From the NCBI GenBank assembly GCA_013239625.1, contig MU053810.1:5364071-5428070 (forward strand): a stretch of 64,000 nt of DNA. Reading direction: 5' to 3'. Shown piece by piece: positions 52,597 through 64,000 of the stretch; position 1 is the stretch's first letter; each line of letters opens with the position of its first letter. Both the position numbers and the translations under genes were made by a program. This stretch comes from Lama guanicoe (Eukaryota). The notes beneath the pieces are model-generated. The model saw nothing but the letters and a program-made list of their open reading frames with translations. It had not been told where the DNA came from and ran no database searches.

Positions 52597-53500
52597 TTTT
52601 TATTTATTTTTATTTATTTATTTTTATAACTTTTTTATTGATTTATAATCATTTTAAAATGTTGTGTCAAATTCCAATGTAGAGCACAATTTTTCAGTTA
52701 TACATGAACATACATATATTCATTGTCACATTTTTTTCCTCTGTGAGCTGCCATAAGATCTTGTGTATATTTCCCTGTGCTATACAGTATAATCTTGTTT
52801 ATCTATTCTACAATTTTGGAATCCTGTCTATCCCTTCCCACCCTCCACCCCCTTGGCAACCACAAGTTTGTATTCTATGTCTATGAGTCTGTTTCTGTTT
52901 TGTATTTATGCTTTGTTTGTTTGTTATTTAGATTCCGTATATGAGCGTTCTCATATGGTATTTTTCTTTCTCTTTCTGGCTTACTTCACTTAGAATGACA
53001 TTCTCCAGGAGCATCCATGTTGCTGCAAATGGCATTATATTGTCAGTTTTTATGACTGAGTAGTATTCTATTGTGTAAATATACCACATCTTCTCTATCC
53101 AGTCATCCGTTGATGGACATTTAGGCTGTCTCCATGTCTTGGCTATTGTAAATACTGCTGCTATGAACTTACAAGCTTTTGCACAGCAGAGGAAACCATA
53201 AGTAAAACAAAAAGACAACCCACAGAATGAGAAAAAATCTTTGCAAATGAAACTGACAAAGGCTTGATCTCCAGAATATATAAGGAACTCATACTACTTA
53301 ATAAGAAACAGCCAAACAACCCAGTCCAAAAATGGGCAAAAGACCTAAGCAAGCAATTCTCCAAGGAAGACATACAAATGATCAATAGGCACATGAAAAA
53401 ATGCTCCATATCACTAATTATCAGAGAAATGCTAATCAAAACTACAATGAGGTATCACCTCACACCAGTCAGAATGGCCATCATTCAAAAATCCACAATA
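52597..53500 (-). mobile_element. Young L1 with 5' inversion (3' part on the - strand, 52597-53168; inverted part on the + strand, 53169-53500)
   Basis: Minus [27 protein letters not shown] and plus [11 protein letters not shown]...[11 protein letters not shown]...[16 protein letters not shown] are both L1 ORF2, in opposite orientations. Confidence 0.9.
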
Positions 53501-53530
53501 AACTTTTATTTTTTTTAATAACCAAGAGAG

Positions 53531-53896
53531 TGTCATAGAGTTTGGATTGAATTGTGAACCCTCCCCCAGATTCATGTGTTGAATCCCTAACCCTCAATGT
53601 AAATGTATTTGGAGATGAGATCTATAAAGAGGTAGTTAAGGTTAAATGAGGTCACAAGAGTGGGGCCCTAATCTGATAGGACCAGTGTCTCTATAAACGA
53701 AAGACACCAACAATGTGTATGCACAGAAAAAAGGCCACTGAGAGGACAGAGGGAGACAACAGATGTCTGCAAGCCGAGGAGAGAGGTCTCACCAGGCAGC
53801 AGCCCTACCAGCACCATGGCCTTGGACTGCAGCCTCCTGACTCTGAGAAAATAAATTTCCATTGTTCTGTTATGGCAGCCCTCATAGACTAATACA
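53531..53896 (+). mobile_element. MLT1A-like MaLR solo LTR
   Basis: ggattgaattgtg...gtatttggagatgag...taaatgaggtca...ttggactgcagcctcc...gttatggcagccctcatagactaataca. Confidence 0.85.
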
Positions 53897-53949
53897 GATA
53901 CAGAGAGATGTCTACCAGTGGCCTTGAAAGTAGGCCTGTTCTTCTTTTA

Positions 53950-54700
53950 ACTTTTAGAGTAAACATTCTTACTGATAACGTGTCAAATATGCTGAAAAAC
54001 GTGCAGATCATCAGTACTCAGTCTGATGAGATTTCGCAAAGTAAACACACCTGCATAACCACCACGAGGTCAAGATATATTACCAGCACCAGAGATGTTC
54101 CCTTTGACCCTTGCCCATTGCTATTCCCTCTTTCCTCACTAAAGGTAATCAGCCACTGTCCTTACCACTGATACCATAAATTTACTTGGCCTTTTTGGGG
54201 GGGTAGTAGGTGGTAGATAAATGGAATCATTTTGTGTCTGAATTCTTTCACTCAGCCTTGCCATTGTCGTATTCACCTGTGCTGTATGTTTCAGTAACTG
54301 GTAAATTTTCTTTGCTGGGCGGCCTTCCACTATGTGAATACACCACAGTTGACTGAGCCACTCTACTGTTGCTAGGCATTGAGTTGTTTCCGGTTGGGGT
54401 TACTGACAGTATCACGGCAACATGTGTCCTTGTGTCCACTTTGGTGGACACGTGAATGCATTCTTGTTAAATAAACAGAGTAGAATGCTGGGTCATAGGT
54501 TCAAGGTAAGTAAATACTGCGAAACACTTTTTCAAAGTGGTGAACCAGCCTGTACTCCCTTAGGAAGTGGAGAATGGTGTTAGTTGCTTTATATCCTTGT
54601 CAACACTTGGTATTGTCTATGGTTTTTCATTTCAGTCCTTCTTATGACCACATAGTGGTAGCTCTTTGTAGTACTAATATTAATTTATCTGATAACTAAG
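53950..54700 (-). mobile_element. Old L1 (L1ME-like) 3' fragment
   Basis: gtaaacacacctgcataaccaccac...aatggaatca...tgctgggtcatagg...ttttcaaagtggt...caacacttggtattgtc. Confidence 0.75.
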
Positions 54701-55779
54701 TCACAGTTTACCTGTGGCTGGATCTATGGAGCATTGTGTAATATATATTTGAGATATATATATATATTTTTTTATATACACACACACACATATATATAAA
54801 TATATAAAATATATAATATATATAAATTTAGAATCAGAAAGATCTTATGATAGAAGAGCATTTTATTACTCTCTGTGGTAAAGAGCCCATTAGTCTTTGT
54901 AATTAAGCCAATGGATATTTGATGAAAATTATAATGATTGGTTGGAATATGTTGAAACATATTGGAATACATTAGAGAGGAAGCATGAAGGCTGCAAGTG
55001 AAAGGTAAAAGACATGGTTTTCTTTCTTTCCAAACTTTCAGTTGTGTATTTCTAGCCATCATTTGTTTGTGGGGCTCTGCCTAATTCTTTCAGAAGATTC
55101 ATTAGTCTTAAGGAAAACTTGCTTTTAGATATGTTTCTGCTTTAGGTCCTAAAGCAGGATAACAGCTGCTGTAAAAGAACTTCTGTATTCTAGATGAAGG
55201 TTCCATTTTGTTAGTTGACCGGTTCCCAGTAAGCTAACCAATGAACCCATCTTCTGGTCCTTCACACCATCAACCTATTTGAAGTCAGCAATATTTCAGA
55301 GATGGGAATTAGAGGATGATTTCCCTCGTGATCTAGGTTAATTTCCCCCAGGACATGGTTTCTTTGCTGGAGCTTGGGGGAGGGGCTGAGTCCCGATGAG
55401 TGAGTATCGCATCGTGGCCACTGTCCACCAGGGTTGTTGATGCATGTGGCAGATATTAGAGGAGCTGCCCACAGCCATGGGAACAAGGTTGCTGTTGATT
55501 CAACTCTATATAAGCTTGTTGTAAAGTCACAGCCTGGCTCACCTTGTATGTCAAATATTTCAAAGACAGAACTTGTTCCCCCTTGCAGTTTCTGAAAACA
55601 TTAGTTGGAAGGAAAGTTAATTATGGTTTATCTGTTTGCTTTGTAAGTCTCATTCCTTTATGTTGTGGTTAAAATGTTTCCTCTGTGCAACACAGGTTTA
55701 CTATATTCTGAACTTTCCACAGCTCTCTTTTATGTAAATGATGACATTAGGAGATTTATTTCAAATGTTTTTCTTCGAG

Positions 55780-56240
55780 AAGCAGGGTAGTGATAAGGGC
55801 CTGGACTCAGAAGCCAGTCTGGGTCTGAATTCTGCCTCTGCCACTTATTAGGTGGCTTTTGGACAAGTGGCTGAATCTTTCTGCATCTTCACCTCCGCAC
55901 CATCATCTGGGAAGTCATGGCTGCCTCAAAAGTTGGTTGTAAGGATTTGCTTGAGTTAAAACTTGTAAATGGCTTCAAACTGTATCTGCTATCCAGTAAA
56001 TGCTATTTAAGAGTTTATTATTACTTATAAAATATTATTGCCTATTCGGAAAATTAGTTAAAACCCGAATAATAATAATGTTTATTGACTGTTTACTGTG
56101 TATCCTGTCTGTATCTCCATTTTACAGACAGGGAAATTGAGGCACAGAGAGATCAAGTAACTTGTCCACAGTCACATGACAAGGAATGGAGTCAGAATTT
56201 GAATCCAGGGGGCTGATTCCAGATCCTTGCTTTTGTTGGT
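55780..56240. mobile_element. Two MIR remnants in opposite orientations
   Basis: 55780-56020 is in sense (gggtctgaattctgcctctgccactta). 56070-56240 is in antisense (ccattttacagacagggaaattgaggcacagagagatcaagtaacttgtcc). Confidence 0.75.
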
Positions 56241-59200
56241 TATGCTGCACTTGGATATAAATGAAAATCAATCTCAAGTATATAATTCTTTCAGCTTAGG
56301 AAGATTTGTAGAAAGATCCCCCTACCCGTGTTGAACGCATGCAAAGTTATTTTAACTTTCTTCCTTATATGAAGGTGAGGATGTCTTTAGCATTGTACAT
56401 TTTCCCTAGAATCATGATTTAAGGAAAAAGAAAAAACAACAAGCATCATTCCTTTACTTCTTTCATCAGAAGTTGCCCAGATCCCTAGTTGGTGTCACCA
56501 TTTTGGTGTACACCATCACTTTTACTGCTCATGAGAAATAGAGAACTTTTAATTGGGGGGGGTTGATGATTTCCTTCCTCCCAAGAAATTCAAAGAAACA
56601 CACTCGTTGGAATTGTGAAAGTCCTTTGTGTTCTGTTCATTCGTTCTTTCTTTCTTTCTCTCCCCCCTCCCTCTCTCCCTCTCTCTCTCTTTCTTTCTCT
56701 TCCTTCCTTCCTTCCTTCAATAAACTTGGATGTGAACTCAAGTCTGAGTCACCTGCAGCACCATGCTGGTTGGTTCCGAGGTTTGACTGAGGCTGATACA
56801 GAAATCATCCTTATTGTGAATCTGGGGAAAGCTAGGCACAAAAACAGCACCTAGTTTTAACATCAAGCCCCCTTTTGAAATGGTTTTCCAGTTGATTAGG
56901 GCTTATGCTTTGTAAATAGGTGCTTTAATTTTAATTTATTAAGGGGCGGAAAGTGTTAAACATGGCTTATACACACCATCATTAGAATTAATGAAGATTC
57001 TTGTTCAAATTGTTCATGTACTAAAAAGTATTTAATACATAAAGCTGTGGTTATCTGGGGACTTATTATTAAGATAGTTGAGATATCCAGGCTGCCTTTG
57101 ATTGTGGTATAAACTCTTTGTACCCTTTGGCTATGTGCTGTGAACAGACCCAGGAATAAGAGAACTTCATTTATCATCATGATAAACCTGGAAAGGCTAT
57201 AGTTCTTAAAATCCTTTGCATTTAGTGCCTTGCAGAAATTTACAGTTGATTAAGATAATTAAGTTTTCATGTAATTTTAGCTCTTTTCTCCCAACTTCAT
57301 CAAAAGAAAGGGGGAAAAAAATCTGTGAGGTCTGTTGTCAAAGATGGAGAGGAAGGGAGGAGAGGAGAGAACTGGCCGTTTATATTACAGCCAGGACCTC
57401 AGCAAGTAAATTAATTTACTGGAAGAAAAATAGGAGGCCAGGAGTAGCGAGGCCCGCCTGGCATTGAAAGATAGAACATTTGTACTGTTCTTTTGGGGGA
57501 TTGTGCAAGAGCTGCTAACTGTATAAATTCTTTGGTACTGCCAAGGTCAGGGGAAACTATGCACATGTGCAAATAAGTACTGGTCATCACAGTTAAAGCA
57601 GCTCGTGGGGGGCAGAGAGGGCAGTATTAGTAACTGCTTATTCAGCCCCGCAACTTTCCCCTTTTCCTCTCCTCCCCTCTTCTCTCTTTCTTATTTTTTT
57701 TTTAAATTCCGTCCTTTTCTTAAAGACGTGTTCTCCCTGGCTATGCTTATGTACCTGGCAGTATTCCTAAGACGAACACCAAATGCTTAAGGGGATGCCT
57801 GCCAGTTGGCTTTATTTTGATGATACCACAGCGTGGCAATGTCCATCTAGGGTACCTGTTAGCTGAACTCTACTATATGCTGTGCCATGTATGGCCGGGA
57901 CTCACCACCCCTTTCCACTGATAATTTTGATAGCTCACCCCGTGGTACCAACTGGAGTCCTTTGTGCAGAAAGTTGAGCCTAAATAACTCATTTTGGACT
58001 TTGTAAGCACAATTTTTTTTTTGGTGGGTGGGGGAAGGGGGCTTGGGGAGGGGGTTGTTGATGGGGAAGAACTTTGCAACTGACCTGGGATTTTGCTCAC
58101 CAACATATATTGTGTTGTAAGGAAACAATCCTGTGGCGTCTAAGGGCTTCCAGGATACAAATCAGGATGACAAAATGGAATGAACCAAACATTTGACAGA
58201 AGGTTGTATGACACGTTCAGAACATGGTATTCTAAACAAATTCCATCGCCTTCCAGAACCCTGTTCTTGGGGCTGCTTTTTTGGACCTTTTCTTCGTTCA
58301 GATTGGCTTTAAATACAGATGATTAATCACGGAGGCACACAGTCTATTTTTTTTTTAGTTTTGTTTTGCAAAAGGCAGATTAAACTGCGATAATGATTAC
58401 AGACTCCAGGCCTGCGTAGATATGTTTAAGGTTGGATAAATCTTTCAGCCTTTAAATGCTGGCTTGTTGCCGTGTTATGCTGTATTCGTCACAAACACAA
58501 CTATAAATAATAAAGCAGGAGATTTATTGCCACTATGATTCCCTGTAAATGTCTTTCTTATTCGGCACTCATTTAGATTTTGTGAATGGCAGAATGTGTT
58601 CTGAGTCCTCTTGAGAACTCTTCTTAAATATATCAGTATAAAAATACTGAGCTCTTCAATGAAGTCCATTGTGCTTTTTAGGGTATATACCTATATATTA
58701 CTGAGAATGTTTCATTTTTTTCTTTCAGTAGACATAAATACTTTAGAAAGCATTTTTTTAAAGTTAGATTTTGTACTTCAACATATACTTAGCTTTAACC
58801 TGTCTTTTTTTGAACATAATTTTTGTGGGAGAACATGAGCATGGTTTTATACAAAATCTTTCTCATTTTCAGATTGTTTTTCATGTACTTGGAACACCTA
58901 TCCTATAAACGAGATTCGATTAAGGTCCCTCGTTATTAAGATGATCTTGTGGATTTAACGCATTTTTTTTATGTTTGCATATCTTTTTTCCCCTGAGATA
59001 AAAATATCACTTTACAACCCAGCATCATTTCTGCAGGTGTTTTTGGTTTCTTGGACTCTCAAATATGTTTCAAATTGTAATATACTTTCCACTGATGTCC
59101 CCATTTTCTTCCATTTTTATTCAAATCTTCTGCTTGGCCAATCCACAGAAGGTCCTAGAAGTCACAGACTGAATTAGCTGCCCTAAATTAATTGAAACCT

Positions 59201-60417
59201 GACAAGTGATTTAATATAGACTTATTAGTCTGGCTAAGAAAATGGAGCTCAGTGAGTTTACAACAAGTGTATGTTTCAGTTGAACCCTAAACTTTTATGA
59301 GTAATGCTGAAATGAAGACCAGTTGCTTCACTCCAGGTTAATTATTCACGTGTCTCAGGTCTTCATAGACATCGTACCCAAGATAGTAGTCTGGTCCAAC
59401 CAAGGCATAGTTCGCTCTGTCTTTCATAGATGTAAATATTTATCATCTTCTTTTTGCTCTTTATTGCTTCTGGAAATCATCTTGCCTGATGATTATCAGA
59501 TGCTAAAGTAATTCTTTTGGAGATTTTGGCTGATGTCTCAAAAATATTTGCGATGGTTCAGTTCAACAAGGAAGTATTCCAGTTGTATCTCATCATTATT
59601 TCACATTCGTGACCAAGCGTGTGTATTTATTGCAGAGCCCTGAGATAGAGAAAAGGAACTGATCCCTCCATCCCCCTAGATCTTATCATGATATTTCCTT
59701 TCACCCCCTGCTTAGTTTAGAGTTTGAGGGTAAAGGAGGGGAACAAAACCCAGGAAGATTGTCACAGGAGGAGTGGGGAGCCTGGTAGAGTCTTTCATTG
59801 ACTCATAATTGGGAGAAAATGGAGTTAAAGTTCTTCAAGAAGTCTCTGTCCCCTTCCACACTACCTCACCATCTGTGTCATCCCTAGAAGACAGTCATCA
59901 AGTTTTAGAGACATACCTTGGCTTAGGACTTTACATCCCCCTCCATATTTCCTTACGTCCTTGGCACAGGTAGAAAAGGTCCGGGTAGAAAAGGTTCCAT
60001 TCCTTCTTGGACTTGACTCCTGATGGCTGGAGAGCCCAGGAGACAGCTTGACTGTTTGGACTTCTGACACGGACGCTTTGCCTAGACCGTGCTCTCCTCT
60101 CCTCTGCCCCCTGTCTGAGTGTCTGGGCATTGTGACCTCATCAGTTCTTCTTTCCTGGAAAGTGCTATGTTCTCTGAGCCAAGGGGTCTTCTTTTTCATG
60201 TAGGCGTAACCTTGAACTTTACTCCCACTCACATGTCTTACTCCCATAGAAAGATTTGTTGATTTCTCTTTGGCTCAGGTGCTGTATCTGAAAGTTGGAA
60301 AATGGCCAAAGACTTAAAAAACAAAAACAAAAACAAAAACAAAAACAAAACAAAACAACCCTCCTAACCAAAACAAGCAAGCAGTCTTTTCGTTTGAAAG
60401 AAGAGTAACACAGATGG

Positions 60418-60772
60418 CGTATTCATTTGCTAGAGCTGTGGTAACAAAGGATCGCAAACTGGGTGGCTTAAAAAACCAGAAATTTATTGTCTCACAGTTC
60501 TTGAGGCTGAAAGTCTGGAATCAAGGTGTTGGCAGTGAAGACAGGATCTGTTCCAGGCCTCTTTCCTTGGCTTGTGGGTGTCTGTCTTCATGTTCACATG
60601 GTGTTCTCTGTCTTGTGTGTCTGATGGACTAGGGCCCATCCCAACGACCTATCTAATTTTAATTTAATTACCTCTATAAAGACCCTATCTCCAGGTAAAG
60701 TCATATTCTGAGATACTGAGGGTTAAGACGTCAACATATGAAATTGGCAGGGACATAACCCAACCCATAGCA
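60418..60772 (-). mobile_element. MLT1B/C-like MaLR solo LTR with a 5-bp TSD
   Basis: gtattcatttgctagagctg...aaactgggtggcttaaa...aaatttattgtctcacagttc...caacccatagca. TSD GATGG at 60413-60417 and 60773-60777. Confidence 0.88.
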
Positions 60773-62217
60773 GATGGCAGCTCTGTTACAATGAGCTTCG
60801 TATATAATTTGTTTCCTTATAACTTGAGTGCTTAACGTGTTGATGGATTTATGACCCCAAAAGGCAGTATATATTAGAAAGACAGAAAAATATCTTTTAC
60901 TAGAGTATTAAAGGAGTAAAAAGGTGCATTTCCCTCATATGTGTCAATATGATTTATACAGAAATGAAACAACCATGTATTTTTTGTAATCAACCTTATA
61001 AACTAATATTTCATTTATGAACGCCCTTTATATTTTATTACATGAACGTCTATTTAGATTATTCAGTCTCTTCAGAGTATAGAATCTCTTCCTAAGACCT
61101 TGATAACTTATACCTAGTGACATGTCAGAGATTTATAAAATGTTGAAAAGGCATGGGGCTTTTAAATATGAAACTCATCAGTATAACTCAGAATCTGGCT
61201 CACACGTTAGCATATGGGTAAAATACATACTGAATTGTTGCACATCTACAGTAGAAACTTCCTTTGAATTTGGCTTCATGACAGCCATGAATACACACAT
61301 ATACAAACACGTATGTAGATGTGTGTATGTATTCTGTGACTTTGAAGTTTTCCTTTTACCCCTTCCCCTCTGATATTTAAAAACAGTGCTATATGTTAAA
61401 TGCAATTATATGCGTAAATCAAATGTGTCAAGATCTGAGCTACAATTTTCAAATAATTTTTATACTTGGCATTTCTCACAGTGAATTATTGTCCATTGAG
61501 TTCTGGCGGTTGTTACCTCAAGTTTATAGACATTTAATAGCAAGAAGAGTGAAGAATTAACACCTTCACTTAATCTTTCTTTCTGACAATTACAAGGAGA
61601 GCTGGAGAAAGGAGAAAAGCCACGTGGTGGGTCAGAACGCCCCACTATGGATTAGTTACTTGTGAAAAAAAAACCCAGCAAAGAACATAGGTCTTCTCTT
61701 GTTGATTTATCTGATGATGTTGACTGGTTTGCCAAGGTGAGAATCACACAAAAGAACATTATTTACTCTTCTCAAGGTCTTATGTCAAGTAATGTTCCTT
61801 TACTAAGCAGCATGTGTTTAAGGAGTCCAGAAGAGGTATCTCCATTAAAGGTTTCACAGTTAAGTGTGTTGTTAGGCTCAAAGGCTGGATGTGTGCATTT
61901 TGGGAACAGTTCACAAGGTTTCAAATGCTCACTGGTGATTAAACACTGTTACCTGAAAGGGATCATGTGATCAGAATGGATCATAAGGAAAAAACTTAGG
62001 TAGAAAGTGGCTGCTAGGGAAGTAGTAAAGCAAAGCCTGACTTACTGACATCTGAACGACCATTTCTGAGCTGGAAGTATGTGTTTTAGTAGGTGAACAA
62101 AAGAAAGTTCTGTATGAGCCCTGAGGATGTGACGTTTTATTCTGAATAGTAATGGGAGAGAGCGTTTGAGCATTTATCCCCCAAAGAGTTTTTAATTGAA
62201 AAGTCCAATTTTTACAA

Positions 62218-62400
62218 ACTAATGGGTGTAAGGTAGGCTCGAGGATATATTGTACAACACAGTGAATGGAGCCAGTAGTTTGTCATACCTGTTAAATGGG
62301 AAGTAACCTTTAAAAATCATATAAACTAAAAAAGTTTTTTAATAAAATAAATTTTAATTTTAACAATTTAAATTCAAATTTTAAACTAAATTAATAATCA
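62218..62400 (+). mobile_element. Short L1 3' terminal fragment with AT-rich tail
   Basis: ggatatattgtacaacacagtgaatggagccagtagtttg...gtaacctttaaaaat plus A/T-rich tail. Confidence 0.6.
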
Positions 62401-62659
62401 TTTAAAATCTAAACTCCTAAGTGTACAGTGTCCTTCTGGGATGGTAAGCACCCACATGTGTAGAACCCAGGCGTGTGGAGAGATGGATGGGGGAATACAG
62501 TGGAGGCGGAGGAGGGGGTGTCCCAGATCCCAGAGGCTTCTGTGCCACTGTGGGTTATGCTGCAGCATCACTGGATGGGGAAGGGTTTGGAAGAATGCAC
62601 TGATGGGCTGGCTAATTGGAAAATTGATCAGCGTCAAAGAGAATATTTGAATAAAAATG

Positions 62660-62820
62660 ATGGTCATTGCTGACATTTACTGAATGCTGGTAATGTGCCA
62701 GCCACTCTGCAGAGCACTTCTTCCATCATTAGCACAGCTCACCGAGGTGGGAGCCATTCATATCCCCATTTAACAGATGATGAGTTGAGGCCTGGATAGA
62801 TGAATAATTTACTCCAATTA
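62660..62820 (-). mobile_element. MIR remnant
   Basis: acatttactgaatgct...tgtgccag...atccccatttaacagatgatgagttgaggcct. Confidence 0.7.
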
Positions 62821-64000
62821 ATAGACCTTCAAAGTGCATAGTATTTATTATGTCAAATTAGTGTCCTTCTGGGAATGTTTAGGTGTTTGTTGGGCAATGG
62901 GAAACTGGAGACGACAGTGGTGATGCTGATCTGGGAGAACATGGCATGGTGGTCCTGGGTCCTTAGAACAAAGCCAGCAACTGTGACTGGGGGTGTGAGG
63001 CACAGGGTCCAGCCACCCAAGCCAGGACTCTGCCAAGAGCTGGACAAAGTGTTGGGTCCCAAAGGCTGCGGTGGTCTCAGGGTCAGCGCCGTCAGAGACT
63101 CAGGAGGGTCACCTGTTTGGTGCTGAGCAGATATGAAGGTAGACAGATGTTCACAGTTAGGAAATCTGAGTGGAGATTATACAGATGTTAATTGTACCTG
63201 TCTTTTCATTTTTCTACAGGTTTGGGAAATTTCAAAATAGCTCCCAGCAAGGAGAGGCAGTAGGTTGGGTGGGAGGGCGCCTGTCCCACAGGGCACGCAG
63301 GGAAAGTCATTTCACACTCAGAGGTTCCTGAGCCCTGTCCTGCCTGCCTGCCCCTGCAGAAATGCTTCTGGGCTGCACAGAGCAGAGTTGGGAAGCAGAG
63401 GCTGAGTTTTCTACTGGCGACATTTTTAGAGTTTTGCCTTTTTAAAAAAATCCTTTAAGACTTCAATAAAACCTTGTACAAACACAATATAAATAGATTT
63501 TCTCACCGTTGTTGAGTTGAAGAAGGTTAGAGGGTTTATAGCCCCAAACAGCTGCTTATCTTAATGTCATATTGTGGCTTTTTCAGTGATTTTGGGCAAA
63601 CCCCTTTAAACTAGGGCTGAGAATAACAGCCATTTCCCCTCAAGCAGAAGTAGTCATTAGTGGTTGTATAAGTCGAAAATCAACCATTCTTTCTCTGCCT
63701 TGGGCCATTTGTTTGTCGGAGAGCAGTTGTTTGAGCAAATTAGGTGATTCAGTTACCACGAGACACTGCCCTTTGCCCCATTGCCCCATCTAATTACCCT
63801 CTTTTGGAAGAAGAATTGCTTAGTGTTTGTCAGGCCAGTCTGCTTGCTAATGGTCTTTTGGGAGCTGTTAACAATATTCCCATAAAACAGGTTAAAATAG
63901 TTTCACTAGCATTTTCCACAGTTGTTCTCGGTTTCAGTTAATAGTCGAAGCGTCAATTAAAAAAAAAATAGTGGAAGCGTCAACATCCTGAAATGTGACA

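Noticed and set aside
1..64000. CRISPR arrays, operons or other prokaryotic/viral systems
   Set aside because: The sequence is clearly mammalian, with no repeat-spacer array or gene-dense region.

Overview
This is mammalian genomic DNA, most likely camelid, judging from three tRNA-Ala-derived vic-1-type SINEs. The only protein-coding gene I can support is the 5' end of CACNB2 (voltage-gated calcium channel beta-2 subunit) on the + strand. A CpG-island promoter (~39.4-40.8 kb) carries two alternative first coding exons: 39954-40073 (MVQSDMSKSPP..., beta-2d type) and 40425-40460 (MNQASGLDLLKI, beta-2c type). Both can splice in phase 0 to a shared exon at 49671-49763 ([31 protein letters not shown]), and the gene continues past the window end. 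The remainder is intergenic or intronic DNA rich in L1, L2, MIR, LTR and DNA-transposon remnants and microsatellites. I found no convincing novel biological system. The most interesting details are an out-of-frame overlapping uORF in exon 1B, a ~396-bp unrecognised insert with a 10-bp target-site duplication (TSD) inside an old L1, an intact sense-oriented solo LTR ~3.6 kb upstream of the gene, two 5'-inverted L1s, and a recent 132-bp tandem duplication. Gene and repeat-family names come from recall, not database searches. Repeat boundaries without TSDs are approximate.
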